A stretch of DNA of 64,000 nucleotides from Eledone cirrhosa (lineage: Eukaryota): the NCBI GenBank assembly GCA_964016885.1, contig OZ024747.1, positions 19,344,001 through 19,408,000 of the forward strand, in the 5' to 3' direction. Shown here piece after piece: positions 1 through 19,800 of this stretch. The notes beneath the pieces were generated by a model. The model was given only the letters and a program-made list of their open reading frames with translations, had not been told where the DNA came from and searched no databases. The stretch's first letter is position 1. Each line of letters starts with the position of its first letter. The position numbers and the translations under genes are program-made.

Positions 1-179
1 AATCGATTTTGAACATACAATCATATTATGAATAATCCATCAATATTTAACTGCTGTCTCTCATTAGATTCTCTAGTTAATACATTTTAGTTAAATTTTC
101 ATCTCTTATTTTTTAATTTCTTTTATATTTCCACAACTTCATTTCCAATTCACTTCCGATGTATTAATAGTTCTTTATA

Positions 180-358
180 ACATTGGCAGAAGGAGTAAGT
201 CGATTATAACAAACCCAGTATTTGGTTGGTATCTTATTCACCCCGAAAGGATCAAAGGCAAAAGTTGACCTCAACAGGCTTTGAACTCAGAACGTAAAGG
301 GCTGGAATGAATACTGCTTGTTATTTGTCCGATGTTCTAAGGCCAACCCGCTGCCCTT
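180..358 (-). mobile_element. tRNA-derived SINE copy (octopus-type family), decayed
   Basis: Reverse complement contains GAGTTCAAA (B-box-like) followed by GTCAACTTT..GCCTTT.ATCCTTTCGGGG, shared with copies at 48191, 55570, 57279 and 61645. Confidence 0.75.
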
Positions 359-380
359 CACGATAGATAATGGTTTAGAC

Positions 381-668
381 CAGTCATGGGCAACCTGCGG
401 CCCGCGAAGCTTTATGAATGGCTCGCCTAAGTCACCTAAGTGAAATCTTTCTGATTTTTTAACCTAAACTTTTCAGTCGTAATGTATATTTCTATCATTT
501 TTACGATCTAGGAAAACAACGTGTACGAATTCTGAAGAAACAAATCAAAACAACCCGAGTTACCGCCCCTTTTTATGTGGGCACGAATGTAAATTAGCGT
601 TTGCGGCCTGCCTGATGATGAACCATATCTCATGCGACCCGCTTCTCGAAAAAGGTTGCCCATGTCTG
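381..668. mobile_element. Non-autonomous hAT (Charlie-like) MITE
   Basis: TIRs CAGTCATGGGCAACCT / AGGTTGCCCATGTCTG (15/16 match); perfect 8-bp TSD GTTTAGAC at 373-380 and 669-676. Confidence 0.9.
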
Positions 669-700
669 GTTTAGACACAAAGTGAATGGAGAAATTCAAT

Positions 701-793
701 TTAATTGACCCCCGAAAGGATGAAAAGTAATGTTAGCCTCGTTGGGATGAGAACTCAAGAGCATTTGTCTGACGTTCTAACGATCCTGCCAAT
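701..793 (-). mobile_element. SINE fragment, same family
   Basis: GACCCCCGAAAGGATGAAA...GAACTCA...CTGCCAAT matches the reverse complement of the family. Confidence 0.65.
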
Positions 794-873
794 GGACAAG
801 GACACTGATTTAGCGGAGGGGCGTAAGCATTTGATTAGATACACCTTATTATATTAAGGATATCCCTTTTATT

Positions 874-977
874 GGCGGCGAATTGGCAGATTTGCTAGAA
901 AGTCCTGTAGAATGCTTTGCGGTATTCGTTTCAGCTCTCTGCTCTCTGAGTTCAAATCCCACCGAGGGTCAACTTTG
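874..977 (+). mobile_element. SINE 5' fragment
   Basis: GGCGGCGAATTGGCAGA head, then CTGAGTTCAAATCCCACCGAGGGTCAACTTTG. Confidence 0.7.
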
Positions 978-985
978 AGATTGTT

Positions 986-1046
986 TGCGCGCGCGCGCGC
1001 GTGTGTGTGTGTGCGCGTGCGTGTGTGTGTGTGTGTGTGTGTGTGC
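986..1046. repeat. (CG)n/(TG)n microsatellite
   Basis: Direct reading. Confidence 0.95.
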
Positions 1047-1834
1047 GTCTGTCTGTGTTTGCATATGCATATATGCATGTAAATACATGGTCGATAAAAA
1101 TATGTTCCACTCTAGTGCTGGTGTCGATTCTTTCTCTGTCGCTTCCTCACTTACATTCTTTCACTCTCAATATCCTTCTCTTGAAGAAATATATGCTGGA
1201 TTCAAACATGAAGAGGAAATGGTCTCCGCCAGGCTAGAAACGTCGTATGTCAATACAGCGCTCCTATGAAGGGAGTTACGCGGCCATACATACTTACACA
1301 CTTCTTTTATAGACTCCGGAAACACAAAATCTAATCTTCAATAAAATTTGAACTGAAATGGCAAAGTTTCACACAGTTTTATATTGAGTTAAAATACGCG
1401 CAGGTTTAAATAGAACTTATTTCTAGTAGCTATTATCATATATTTTTTCATTCAATATGTTTGTCAATATTTATTTTCATCAGCTTCAGGTGCAATTCAC
1501 ATTCAGAAGTATCCATATAGAATGATAACAAAACTTATATTAATCCGGTTGAATCTTTAGAAGAAAGGATAGTTAAAGATTTTTGGCTCTTATCTTTTTT
1601 TTTGTGTGTGTACTTAATATGAAAGATAATGATGAAATATTTATAAGAGAATACTTGCTACTCCATCATTCAAACTGATGGAAATGTCAGAATATCGTTC
1701 AACTGCATAAAGTTGATTAAAAGAAATCAAAACAACAACAAATATAAAATATATAAAAAAGTAAGAACAACACAAAATGTAATACATGTAAACTATTCCA
1801 AGGTTGAGGAAATGAATTTTGCATCTAGTAATGT

Positions 1835-7166
<5,332 letters not shown>

Positions 7167-7407
7167 GTGAGTGTGTGTGTGTGCGCGTGTCTGTGTTGGT
7201 GAATGGGTGTGGGTGTGTGTGTGTTTGGGTCTGTATATGTGTGTGTGTGTGTTTGAGTCTGTATACTTTCAATTCTGATGTGTGGATTGAGACTTCCTTT
7301 ATAGCTATTGCATTAAAAGTACCCAATATTCATTGAAAATTGAATATTTGAGAACAGCTTCGCTGGAGAATTTTCCTAGGTGAGATAACATAGGAATTTT
7401 AATACAT

Positions 7408-7863
<456 letters not shown>

Positions 7864-8245
7864 GAGTAAATTTGAAAGTGTGTTACTACTCAGGCACAAA
7901 CGGAGAAGAGCTCTTATACGGAGAAGAGCTCTTCTTTTAAGCATGTTGTATTGAAAAAACACTTCGTTATAATTTTAGGTTCTTTTAATATTTTTTACTT
8001 TCCTATTTCCTCCTTGCAGTTTGTTTGGAGCAGTTGGCAGAATATCCATTAAAGTCGTTTTCAACACAACGTTTAATACAATAGCTATAAAGGACGTCTC
8101 ACACAACACAAACACCCCCCCCCCCACACACACACACACATTCAAACATACACACACAAAAGTAGTTATGGGTTCAACCTAGGGTGAAATTCAAAGCAAG
8201 TGGAAAATATCCAATATTGCAGTTGAGTAGAAAAATATTTATTCA

Positions 8246-8296
<51 letters not shown>

Positions 8297-8314
8297 ATAT
8301 ATATATATATATAT

Positions 8315-8604
8315 AACCAAAGATTAGTATGGTTCGTTGATTACTTAATGAATACAATTTTACAATAGATTAGAAGCACTCAACAAATAGTTTTCCAGTT
8401 TTTAATATTATTCAAAATATTAACAAATGAAAAATATTCTCATAATCAAAATATATACTTTATTATGTATATTTCAAAGGTACTTTGTTGTTTTTTAAGT
8501 ACGTCCTCATCAGACAAAATATATGATTTGATATATGACGTACCGCTACGGTCTTGATTATTCAATTCCAGTACTGACAATACTGGAATTGAATAATCAA
8601 GACC
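8315..8604 (-). mobile_element. Short PLE-derived (pLTR-like) insertion with hammerhead motif and terminal 24-bp hairpin
   Basis: Homologous to 12629-13052; hairpin arms 8550-8573/8581-8604; flanked by (TA)n-rich repeats. Confidence 0.7.
8458..8519 (-). ncRNA. Minimal type I hammerhead ribozyme motif
   Basis: Minus strand TTTTGT-CTGATGA-GGACGTAC..GTACCTTT-GAAA-TATACA-TA-ATAAAG. Confidence 0.6.
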
Positions 8605-8642
8605 ATGTGTGTATATATATACATATATATATATATATATAA

Positions 8643-8692
<50 letters not shown>

Positions 8693-8695
<3 letters not shown>

Positions 8696-9049
8696 AAAAG
8701 TGAGGTTTTTTTTACAAAATGAAAAATAACGGAGGTGTCCTACACGAGTGAAAGTATAAAGAAAAAAAGATGAAATCGAAAATGCAACTGGAGTCTTATT
8801 TAAAAAAAAATATATATATTTATTTGGTTCCTTTACCGGTTTCGCAGTTCTTCTGCTTTTCAAAAGTAGAGTTGAGATGGAGGGTCTGTGGTTTTTCTCA
8901 CTCGGTAGATGTGAGAAAAACCACAGACCCTCCATCTCAACTCTACGTTTGAAAAGCAGAAAAACTGCGAAACCGGAAAAGGAACCAAATAAATATAATA
9001 TTTTTTTAAAAATAAGACTCCAGTTGCATTTTCGATTTCATCTTTTTTT

Positions 9050-9056
<7 letters not shown>
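8693..9056. mobile_element. Fold-back pLTR-like insertion in (TA)n with degenerate hammerhead
   Basis: ~147-bp arms 8755-8901/8911-9056; minus strand reads TTGAAAA-GCAG-AAGAA-CTGC-GAAA-CCGG-TA-AAGG (core mutated). Confidence 0.7.
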
Positions 9057-9128
<72 letters not shown>

Positions 9129-9151
9129 CATGTACAAATACATATGTATAG

Positions 9152-9186
<35 letters not shown>

Positions 9187-9190
9187 TATG

Positions 9191-9222
<32 letters not shown>

Positions 9223-9262
9223 TATACATATGTATTTGTACATGTATATATATATGTATATA

Positions 9263-9311
<49 letters not shown>

Positions 9312-9545
9312 ATACATATATATATATATAAATATATATATATACATATATATATACATGTACAAATACATATGTATAGATATATATATATATATATGTA
9401 TATATTATATATATACATATGTATATATATATACATATATGTATATATATATATACATATATATATATGTATGTATATATACACGCACACACACACATAT
9501 ATATATATAAATATATATGTATTTGTACATATATATATGTGTATG

Positions 9546-9596
<51 letters not shown>

Positions 9597-9605
9597 GTGT
9601 GTAAT

Positions 9606-9686
<81 letters not shown>

Positions 9687-9693
9687 TATATAA

Positions 9694-9738
<45 letters not shown>

Positions 9739-9749
9739 TATATAAATAA

Positions 9750-9782
<33 letters not shown>

Positions 9783-9800
9783 TATATATATACATATATA
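9057..9800. repeat. Complex (TA)n region with inverted/duplicated 28-bp TACATGTACAAATACATATGTATAGATA blocks
   Basis: Block near 9127, its reverse complement near 9219, and a direct copy near 9354. Confidence 0.8.
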
Positions 9801-9883
9801 TATTTATTAAAATAACAGATTAAAGTTTAAGCAAAGTCTTCAATTTTATTATTATTAATATACATATATATATATATATATAT

Positions 9884-10304
9884 TCGGTAGATAAGGAAGC
9901 AAATCAACTCAAGCACTCGATGCCATATTACTTCTTCAAAATAAAGATGACGGAGTAGATTTAGAATGAGGAAAATGTGTAGTTGTGGATGTTAATGAGT
10001 CCTTTATTATAGAGCCGTTATACATATTTCCATGTCGGATAGATATCCTGATTTCATCAGACAGCCAAATTGAGTAAAAGGTAACGTTTCCGAGGCAATT
10101 ATGGGTTGAAGGGAGTGGACTAAATTAGATTTATGTTTGGACAACCAAAGCATAAATCTTTTTTAGTCGCTCCCTTCAACCCATAATTGGCTCAGAAACG
10201 TTTCTTTTACTCAATTTTGCTGTCTGATGAAATCACGATATCGATTGTCATTGAAATATGTATAACGACTCATTAACATCTACAACTTCCCATTTCCTCA
10301 TTCT
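9884..10304. mobile_element. Fold-back pLTR-like insertion with hammerhead
   Basis: Arms ~9963-10140/10145-10304 with a 4-nt loop; preceded by (TA)n. Confidence 0.75.
10013..10066 (-). ncRNA. Type I hammerhead motif
   Basis: GGCTGT-CTGATGA...GAAA-TATGTA-TA-ACGGCT; stem I pairs, stem II is imperfect. Confidence 0.55.
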
Positions 10305-10326
10305 CGCTCTCTTCTCTCGCTCTCTT

Positions 10327-10384
<58 letters not shown>

Positions 10385-10393
<9 letters not shown>

Positions 10394-10779
10394 TAAGAGG
10401 AATTCCAACTTTGTCTGATTTACTCGTTTTATTTACATCCTTTAAAATATATATAATGGTATTATAATGAATAGTATGATAGAATATTAAATTCTAAGTG
10501 TTAATTGAACAAGTACTTTCATGCTTTCGCAATCTTCAGGTTCATGATATGTGGTGACAGTCGAGTTTTGCAATTTTCAACTGTTGAAAATTGCAAACTC
10601 GACTGTCACCACATATCATGAACCTGAAGATTGCGAAAGCATGAAAGTACTTGTTCAATTAACACTTAGAATTTAATATTCTATCATACTATTTCATTAT
10701 AATACCATTATATATATTTTAAAGGATTGTAAATAAAACGAGTAAATCAGACAAAGTTGGAATTCCTCTTATTAATATA
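10385..10779. mobile_element. Near-perfect ~195-bp-arm palindrome (pLTR-like) with a hammerhead in each arm
   Basis: Centre TTCAAC-T-GTTGAA at 10582; arms are reverse complements apart from a few 1-nt indels; lies between (TA)n tracts. Confidence 0.85.
10619..10657 (+). ncRNA. Minimal type I hammerhead ribozyme motif
   Basis: TGAAC-CTGAAGA-TTGC-GAAA-GCAT-GAAA-GTAC-TT-GTTCA. Confidence 0.75.
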
Positions 10780-10863
10780 ATCTTCTATACACAATCATAC
10801 ACACCCGTGTATATTTACCTATCTATATCTATATATATATACAATATATATATATATACATAA

Positions 10864-10977
<114 letters not shown>

Positions 10978-11045
10978 GAATTATTTCCGTAAAAAAGGTA
11001 AAGGAAGGAAGAGTGCTCTATGTATAGTTCAGAGCTATTTAATTA
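10978..11045 (-). mobile_element. Terminal fragment of pLTR-like family (also at 11362-11428 and inverted at 37771-37836)
   Basis: GAATTATT(T)CCGTAAAAAGGTAAAGGAA.GAAGAGTGCTCTATGTATAGTTCAGA.CTATTTAATTA occurs twice here, each after (TA)n. Confidence 0.65.
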
Positions 11046-11241
11046 TATATGTATATATATATATATATATATAATGTAAGAGGTGAGTTTTATTGTAGTA
11101 CAATAAAGCAATGCAGATATCGGATAAGAAGCACTCTACAGTTTGTAGGACTGGACTATACATAATATATAATATATATATAATGTTGATTTAAAACTGC
11201 ACTATTCACAAGTGTTTTTTAACCTTCATATCATGTCTTCC

Positions 11242-11312
11242 TATTTTATCTGATGAAAACACAAATGTTATTGCATGATGATATTTGTTTTTGAAATGCG
11301 CATAATAAAATA
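11242..11312 (+). ncRNA. Type I hammerhead ribozyme motif in a short (TA)n-flanked insertion (11077-11343)
   Basis: TATTTTAT-CTGATGA-long stem II-GAAA-TGCGCA-TA-ATAAAATA; perfect 8-bp stem I and palindromic loop III. Confidence 0.8.
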
Positions 11313-11588
11313 CATGGAACTCTTTATACCATCTTTTGATCTTATATATTATATATATATATGAATTATTCCGTAAAAAGGTAAAGGAAAGAAGAGTGCT
11401 CTATGTATAGTTCAGAACTATTTAATTAAACTGAACTGGAAGCCAAAATGAATTGTAAGGGGACTGATACTAGCTGTGTAGATCTTTGTACTCCTTACGG
11501 ACAACAATGGCGTGGAGAATGGTCGCTGGTCTTCCACGAAACTCTTTGCACGGTCTAGTATCTTGGAGAGAGAAAAATGGAAAGGGTT

Positions 11589-11589
<1 letters not shown>

Positions 11590-11661
<72 letters not shown>

Positions 11662-11688
11662 GAGAGAGAAAGAGAGAGAGAGAGAGAA

Positions 11689-11718
<30 letters not shown>
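11590..11718. repeat. (AG)n/(ATAGAG)n microsatellite
   Basis: Direct reading. Confidence 0.95.
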
Positions 11719-11724
<6 letters not shown>

Positions 11725-11743
11725 TAACGTATACATGGAAGTC

Positions 11744-12100
11744 TGTGTACATGGAAATAATGTGTACATGGAAATAATGTGTACATGGAAATAATGTGTA
11801 CATGGAAATAATGTGTATATGGAAATAATGTGTACATGGAAATAATGTGTATATGGAAATAATGTGTATATGGAAATGATGTGTATATGGAAATAATGTG
11901 TATATGGAAATAATGTGTACATGGAAATAATGTGTATATGGAAATAATGTGTATATGGAAATAATGTGTATATGGAAATAATGTGTATATGGAAATAATG
12001 TGTACATGGAAATAATGTGTATATGGAAATAATGTGTATATGGAAATGATGTGTACATGGAAATAATGTTTATATGGAAATGATGTGTATATGGAAATGA
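11744..12100. repeat. 17-bp minisatellite TGTGTAYATGGAAATRA, about 21 copies
   Basis: Direct reading. Confidence 0.95.
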
Positions 12101-12284
12101 TATATATCGATATTCTTTATGTTTTCATATACGTTTCTATTCTGAAACACATTGTGTCAGTTCTACCGGGAATATATATATAAATATATATATGTATGTA
12201 AAAGATAAACAGAAATAACAACACAATCGGTACAGTATATGGAAGGGATATATTAGGTTAACGATTGATATAGGAGGAAGAGGG

Positions 12285-12320
12285 TCTTAACGTTTCGGAC
12301 GCTAGTCCTTCACCAGAAAG
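12285..12320 (-). ncRNA. Hammerhead motif with one core substitution, in a pLTR remnant (~12200-12346)
   Basis: TTT-CTGGTGA-AGGAC-TAGC-GTCC-GAAA-CG-TTA-AGA. Confidence 0.6.
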
Positions 12321-12343
12321 AATGAGAAATAAAATAGATTGAG

Positions 12344-12378
<35 letters not shown>

Positions 12379-12483
12379 TCAGTTAATCGACTTTCGTCAA
12401 ATCGGACAGAGGAAAAAAAGATTCATTGGTCTTTCTAATTGTTAATACTATCTATCGGTCGCAACTCCAGTAAAAGGAGCGAC

Positions 12484-12590
12484 GTGAAATAAAGTGTCTT
12501 GCCCAAGGACATAAAGCATTGCCTGGTCCGGGAATCGAACTCACAACCTCACGATTGCGAATTAAATTCTCTAACCTCTCAACCATGCGC

Positions 12591-12591
<1 letters not shown>
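12484..12591 (-). mobile_element. tRNA-headed CORE-like SINE fragment
   Basis: AAGTGTCTTGCCCAAGGAC (CORE-like) plus reverse-complement GAGTTCGATTCCC B-box and GGCGCATGG head. Confidence 0.7.
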
Positions 12592-12628
<37 letters not shown>

Positions 12629-12630
<2 letters not shown>

Positions 12631-13044
12631 TTAATATGGTTCATTAATTACTCAATGAATATAGTTTTACAATAGATTAAAAGCACTCTACAAAGAAGTT
12701 TTCTGGAGTTATTAATATTATTCAAAATATTAATAAATGAAGACATTCACATAATCAAAATATATGTTTTTTTATATATTATTTCGAAGGTACTGTGCTG
12801 TTTTTCAGTACGTTCTCGTCAGATAAAATACACGAATTGATGTTATGACATACCTCAACTGTCCTGATGGTTCAATATTGCCAATACTGGAATTGAACCA
12901 TCAAGACAGTTGAGGTATGTCATAGATCAATTCATGTATTTTATCTGACGAGGACGTATTGAAAAAACAGCACAGTACCTTCGAAATATATATAATAAAA
13001 CATATATTTTGATTATGTGAATGTCTTCATTTATTAATATTTTG

Positions 13045-13052
<8 letters not shown>
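12629..13052. mobile_element. Fold-back pLTR-like insertion with a hammerhead in both arms
   Basis: Arms 12715-12876/12892-13052; homologous to 8315-8604; flanked by (CA)n and (TA)n. Confidence 0.8.
12939..13000 (+). ncRNA. Type I hammerhead motif
   Basis: TTTTAT-CTGACGA-GGACGTATTG..CAGTACCTTC-GAAA-TATATA-TA-ATAAAA. Confidence 0.7.
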
Positions 13053-13082
<30 letters not shown>

Positions 13083-13609
13083 TATATATATAATATATAT
13101 ATATATATACACTTGTGTATGTAGGTTATTTTGTGTATAAATTTACACCCATATTCTTTCATATAGGTATATTTATATGCAAATATGTATTTATGTATGC
13201 TTGCATGTATGTATATACGTAGAAATGTGTGTATATGTCTATCTCTCAAGTCCTTATGACTACAGCTATATCTATCTGAGGAGATGTCACTGAAAAAATA
13301 TATATAAAAGGCTTCTTTAACAAGTCAACAACAACAGCTGACTCTTAAAGATGCGAGAAGATGTTGATATCTGACATACGGAAGTCCAATATCGATGTCA
13401 TTGATTCATATATTCTTTAGTTGTAAACAACAACGTCAAGACAAAAAATAAACGCATTTACGAAAAATCTTCAAGTTTTACCAGTGAAATGAAGAATCCT
13501 TAAATTGGAATTCTTAACTAGATTTATTTCTTTTCCATTCTCTTATTTCCTTAACTTTATTATCATCATTGTGGAACAGTTGAATTTTGAGGTAGAAGAC
13601 ATTCACCTC

Positions 13610-13809
13610 NNNNNNNNNNNNNNNNNNNNNNNNNNNNNNNNNNNNNNNNNNNNNNNNNNNNNNNNNNNNNNNNNNNNNNNNNNNNNNNNNNNNNNNNNNN
13701 NNNNNNNNNNNNNNNNNNNNNNNNNNNNNNNNNNNNNNNNNNNNNNNNNNNNNNNNNNNNNNNNNNNNNNNNNNNNNNNNNNNNNNNNNNNNNNNNNNNN
13801 NNNNNNNNN
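13610..13809. other. Assembly gap (200 N)
   Basis: Run of n. Confidence 1.
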
Positions 13810-16800
13810 ACTGTCAAAGACTACTACCAAAGACTACTGTCAAAGACTACTACCAAAGACTACTGTCAGAGACTACTACCAAAGACTACTGTCAGAGACT
13901 ACTACCAAAAGACTACTGTCAGAGACTACTACCAAAGACTACTGTCAGAGACTACTACCAAAGACTACTGTCAAAGACTACTACCAAAGACTACTGTCAA
14001 AGACTACTACCAAAGACTACTGTCAGAGACTACTACCAAAGACTACTGTCAGAGACTACTACAAAGACTACTGTCAGAGACTACTACCAAAGACTACTGT
14101 CAGAGACTACTACCAAAGACTACTGTCAGAGACTACTACCAAAGACTACTGTCAGAGACTTACTACCAAAGACTACTGTCAGAGACTACTACCAAAGACT
14201 ACGTCAAGACTACTACCAAAGACTACTGTCAGAGACTACTACCAAAGACTACTGTCAGAAGACTACTACCAAAGACTACTGTCAGAAGACTACTACCAAA
14301 GACTACTGTCAGAGACTACTACCAAAGACTACTGTCAGAGACTACTACCAAAGACTACTGTCAGAGACTACTACCAAAGACTACTGTCAGAGACTACTAC
14401 CAAAGACTACTGTCAGAGACTACTACCAAAGACTACTGTCAAAGACTACTACCAAAGGACTACTGTCAGAGACTACTACCAAAGACTACTGTCAAGACTA
14501 CTACCAAAGACTACTGTCAAGAGACTACTACCAAAGACTACTGTCAGAGACTACTACCAAAGACTACTGTCAAAGACTACTACCAAAGACTACTGTCAGA
14601 GACTACTACCAAAGACTACTGTCAGAGACTACTACCAAAGACTACTGTCAAAGACTACTACCAAAGACTACTGTCAGAGACTACTACCAAAGACTACTGT
14701 CAGAGACTACTACCAAAGACTACTGTCAGAGACTACTACCAAAGACTACTGTCAGAGACTACTACCAAAGACTACTGTCAAGAGACTACTACCAAAGACT
14801 ACTGTCAGAGACTACTACCAAAGACTACTGTCAGAGACTACTACCAAAGACTACTGTCAGAGACTACTACCAAAGACTACTGTCAGAGACTACTACCAAA
14901 GACTACTGTCCAAGAGACTACTACCAAAGACTACTGTCAAAGACTACTACCAAAGACTACTGTCAGAAGACTACTACCAAAGACTACTGTCAGAGACTAC
15001 TACCAAAGACTACTGTCAGAGACTACTACCAAAGACTACTGTCAGAGACTACTACCAAGACTACTGTCAGAGACTACTACCAAAGACTACTGTCAAAGAC
15101 TACTACCAAAGACTACTGTCAAAGACTACTACCAAAGACTACTGTCAGAGACTACTACCAAAGACTACTGTCAAGACTACTACCAAAGACTACTGTCAGA
15201 GACTACTACCAAAGACTACTGTCAGAGACTACTACCAAAGACTACTGTCAAGACTACTACCAAAGACTACTGTCAAGAGACTACTACCAAAGACTACTGT
15301 CAGAGACTACTACCAAAGACTACTGTCAGAGACTACTACCAAAGACTACTGTCAGAGACTACTACCAAAGACTACTGTCAGAGACTACTACCAAAGACTA
15401 CTGTCAAGACTACTACCAAAGACTACTGTCAAGAGACTACTACCAAAGACTACTGTCAGAGACTACTACCAAAGACTACTGTCAGAGACTACTACCAAAG
15501 ACTACTGTCAAGAGACTACTACCAAAGACTACTGTCAAAGACTACTACCAAAGACTACTGTCAGAGACTACTACCAAAGACTACTGTCAGAGACTACTAC
15601 CAAAGACTACTGTCAGAGACTACTACCAAAGACTACTGTCAGAAGACTACTACCAAAGACTACTGTCAAGAGACTACTACCAAAGACTACTGTCAGAGAC
15701 TACTACCAAAGACTACTGTCAGAGACTACTACCAAAGACTACTGTCAGAGACTACTACCAAAGACTACTGTCAAAGACTACTACCAAAGACTACTGTCAA
15801 AGACTACTACCAAAGACTACTGTCAAAGACTACTACCAAAGACTACTGTCAAAGACTACTACCAAAGACTACTGTCAGAGACTACTACCAAAGACTACTG
15901 TCAGAGACTACTACCAAAGACTACTGTCAAGACTACTACCAAAGACTACTGTCAGAAGACTACTACCAAAGACTACTGTCAAAGACTACTACCAAAGACT
16001 ACTGTCAGAGACTACTACCAAAGACTACTGTCAGAGACTACTACCAAAGACTACTGTCAGAGACTACTACCAAAGACTACTGTCAAGACTACTACCAAAG
16101 ACTACTGTCAGAGACTACTACCAAAGACTACTGTCAGAAGACTACTACCAAAGACTACTGTCAGAGACTACTACCAAAGACTACTGTCAGAGACTACTAC
16201 CAAAGACTACTGTCAGAGACTACTACCAAAGACTACTGTCAGAGACTACTACCAAAGACTACTGTCAGAGACTACTACCAAAGACTACTGTCAGAGACTA
16301 CTACCAAAGACTACTGTCAGAGACTACTACCAAAGACTACTGTCAGAGACTACTACCAAAGACTACTGTCAGAGACTACTACCAAAGACTACTGTCAGAG
16401 ACTACTACCAAAGACTACTGTCAAAGACTACTACCAAAGACTACTGTCAAAGACTACTACCAAAGACTACCTGTCAGAAGAGACTACTACCAAAGACTAC
16501 TGTCAAAGACTACTACCAAAGACTACAGTCAGAGACTACTACCAAAGACTACTGTCAAAGACTACTACCAAAGACTACTGTCAGAGACTACTACCAAAGA
16601 CTACTGTCAAAGACTACTACCAAAGACTACTGTCAGAGACTACTACCAAAGACTACTGTCAGAGACTACTACCAAAGACTACTGTCAGAGACTACTACCA
16701 AAGACTACTGTCAAAGACTACTACCAAAGACTACTGTCAGAGACTAACTACCAAAGACTACTGTCAGAGACTACTACCAAAGACTACTGTCAAGACTACT

Positions 16801-19800
16801 ACCAAAGACTACCTTCAGAGACTACTACCAAAGACTACTGTCAGAGACTACTACCAAAGACTACTGTCAAAGACTACTACCAAAGACTACTGTCAGAAGA
16901 CTACTACCAAAGACTACCTGTCAGAGACTACTACGCAAGACTACTGTCAAAGACTACTACCAAAGACTACTGTCAGAGACTACTACCAAAGACTACTGTC
17001 AGAGACTACTACCAAAGACTACTGTCAGAGACTACTACCAAAGACTACTGTCAAAGACTACTACCAAAGACTACTGTCAAAGACTACTACCAAAGACTAC
17101 CGTCAGAAACTACTACCAAAGACTACTGTCAGAGACTACTACCAAAGACTACTGTCAAGACTACTACCAAAGACTACTGTCAAAGACTACTACCAAAGAC
17201 TACCTGTCAGAGACTACTACCAAAGACTACTGTCAGAGACTACTACCAAGACTACTGTCAAAGACTACTACCAAAGACTACTGTCAAAGACTACTACCAA
17301 AGACTACTGTCAAAGACTACTACCAAAGACTACGTCAGAGACTACTACCAAAGACTACTGTCAGAGACTACTACCAAAGACTACCTGTCAGAGACTACTA
17401 CCAAAGACTACTGTCAAGAGACTACTACCAAAGACTACTGTCAAAGACTACTACCAAAGACTACTGTCAGAGACTACTACCAAAGACTACTGTCAAAGAC
17501 TACTACCAAAGACTACTGTCAGAGACTACTACCAAAGACTACTGTCAGAGACTACTACCAAAGACTACTGTCAAAGACTACTACCAAAGACTACTGTCAG
17601 AGACTACTACCAAAGGACTACTGTCAGAGACTACTACCAAAGACTACTGTCAGAGACTACTACCAAAGACTACTGTCAGAGACTACTACCAAAGACTACT
17701 GTCAAAGACTACTACCAAAGACTACTGTCAAAGACTACTACCAAAGACTACTGTCAGAGACTACTACCAAAGACTACTGTCAGAGACTACTACCAAAGAC
17801 TACTGTCAGAGACTACTACCAAAGACTACTGTCAGAGACTACTACCAAAGACTACTGTCAGAGACTACTACCAAAGACTACTGTCAAAGACTACTACCAA
17901 AGACTACTGTCAAAGACTACTACCAAAGACTACTGTCAAAGACTACTACCAAAGACTACTGTCAGAGACTACTACCAAAGACTACTGTCAGAGACTACTA
18001 CCAAAGACTACTGTCAGAGACTACTACCAAAGACTACTGTCAGAGACTACTACCAAAGACTACTGTCAAAGACTACTACCAAAGACTACTGTCAAAGACT
18101 ACTACCAAAGACTACTGTCAGAGGACTACTACCAAAGACTACTGTCAGAGACTACTACCAAAGACTACTGTCAGAGACTACTACCAAAGACTACTGTCAA
18201 AGACTACTACCAAAGACTACTGTCAGAGACTACTACCAAAGACTACTGTCAGAGACTACTACCAAAGACTACTGTCAGAGACTACTACCAAAGATTACTG
18301 TCAGAGACTACTACCAAAGACTACTGTCAAAGACTACTACCAAAGACTACTGTCAAAGACTGCTACCAAAGACTACCGTCAGAGACTACTACCAAAGACT
18401 ACTGTCAAAGACTACTACAAAGACTACCGTTAGAGACTACTACCAAAGACTACTGTCAGAGACTACTACCAAAGACTACCTTCAGAGACTACTACCAAAG
18501 ACTACTGTCAAAGACTACTACCAAAGACTACTGTCAAAGACTACTACCAAAGACTACCTGTCAGAGACTACTACCAAAGACTACTGTCAGAGACTAACTA
18601 CCAAAGACTACTGTCAGAGACTACTACAAAGACTACCTGTCAGAGACTACTACCAAAAGACTACTGTCAAGACTACTACCAAAGACTACTGTCAAAGACT
18701 ACTACCAAAGACTACAGTCAGAGACTACTACCAAAGACTACTGTCAGAGACTACTACCAAAGACTACTGTCAAAGACTACTACCAAAGACTACTGTTAGA
18801 GACTACTACCAAAGACTACCTGTCAGAGACTACTACGAAAGACTACTGTCAAAGACTACTACCAAAGACTACTGTCAGAGACTACTACCAAAGACTACTG
18901 TCAGAGACTACTACCAAAGACTACTGTCAAAGACTACTACCAAAGACTACTGTCAAAGACTACTACCAAAGACTACTGTCAGAGACTACTACCAAAGACT
19001 ACTGTCAAAGAGACTACTACCAAAGACTACTGTCAGAGACTACTACCAAAGACTACTGTCAGAGACTACTACCAAAGACTACTGTCAGAGACTACTACCA
19101 AAGACTACTGTCAAGAGACTACTACCAAAGGACTACTGTCAAAGACTACTACCAAGAAGGACTACCAAGATACTGTCAGAAGACTACTACCAAAGACTAC
19201 TGTCAAAGACTACTACCAAAGACTACTGTCAGAAGACTACTACCAAAGACTACTGTCAGAGACTACTACCAAAGACTACTGTCAGAGACTACTACCAAAG
19301 ACTACTGTCAGAGACTACTACCAAAGACTACTGTCAAAGACTACTACCAAAGACTACTGTCAGAGACTACTACCAAAGACTACTGTCAGAGACTACTACC
19401 AAAGACTACTGTCAGAGACTACTACCAAAGACTACTGTCAGAGACTACTACCAAAGACTACTGTCAGAGACTACTACCAAAGACTACTGTCAGAGACTAC
19501 TACCAAAGACTACTGTCAGAGACTACTACCAAAGATCTACCTGTCAGAGACTACTACCAAAGACTACTGTCAAAGACTACTACCAAAGACTACTGTCAAA
19601 GACTGCTACCAAAGACTACCGTCAGAGACTACTACCAAAGACTACTGTCAGAGACTACTACCAAAGACTACCTGTCAAGAGACTACTACCAAAGACTACT
19701 GTCAGAGACTACTACCAAAGACTACCTTCAGAGACTACTACCAAAGACTACTGTCAAGACTACTACCAAAGACTACTGTCAAAGACTACTACCAAAGACT

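Noticed and set aside
874-977. tRNA genes at SINE heads (also 12484-12591)
   Set aside because: B-box-like motifs only; no cloverleaf; they continue into SINE body
1200-1270. Possible hammerhead ATGAAGA...GAAA-CGTCG-TA
   Set aside because: Core C missing and stems weak; at best a very old remnant
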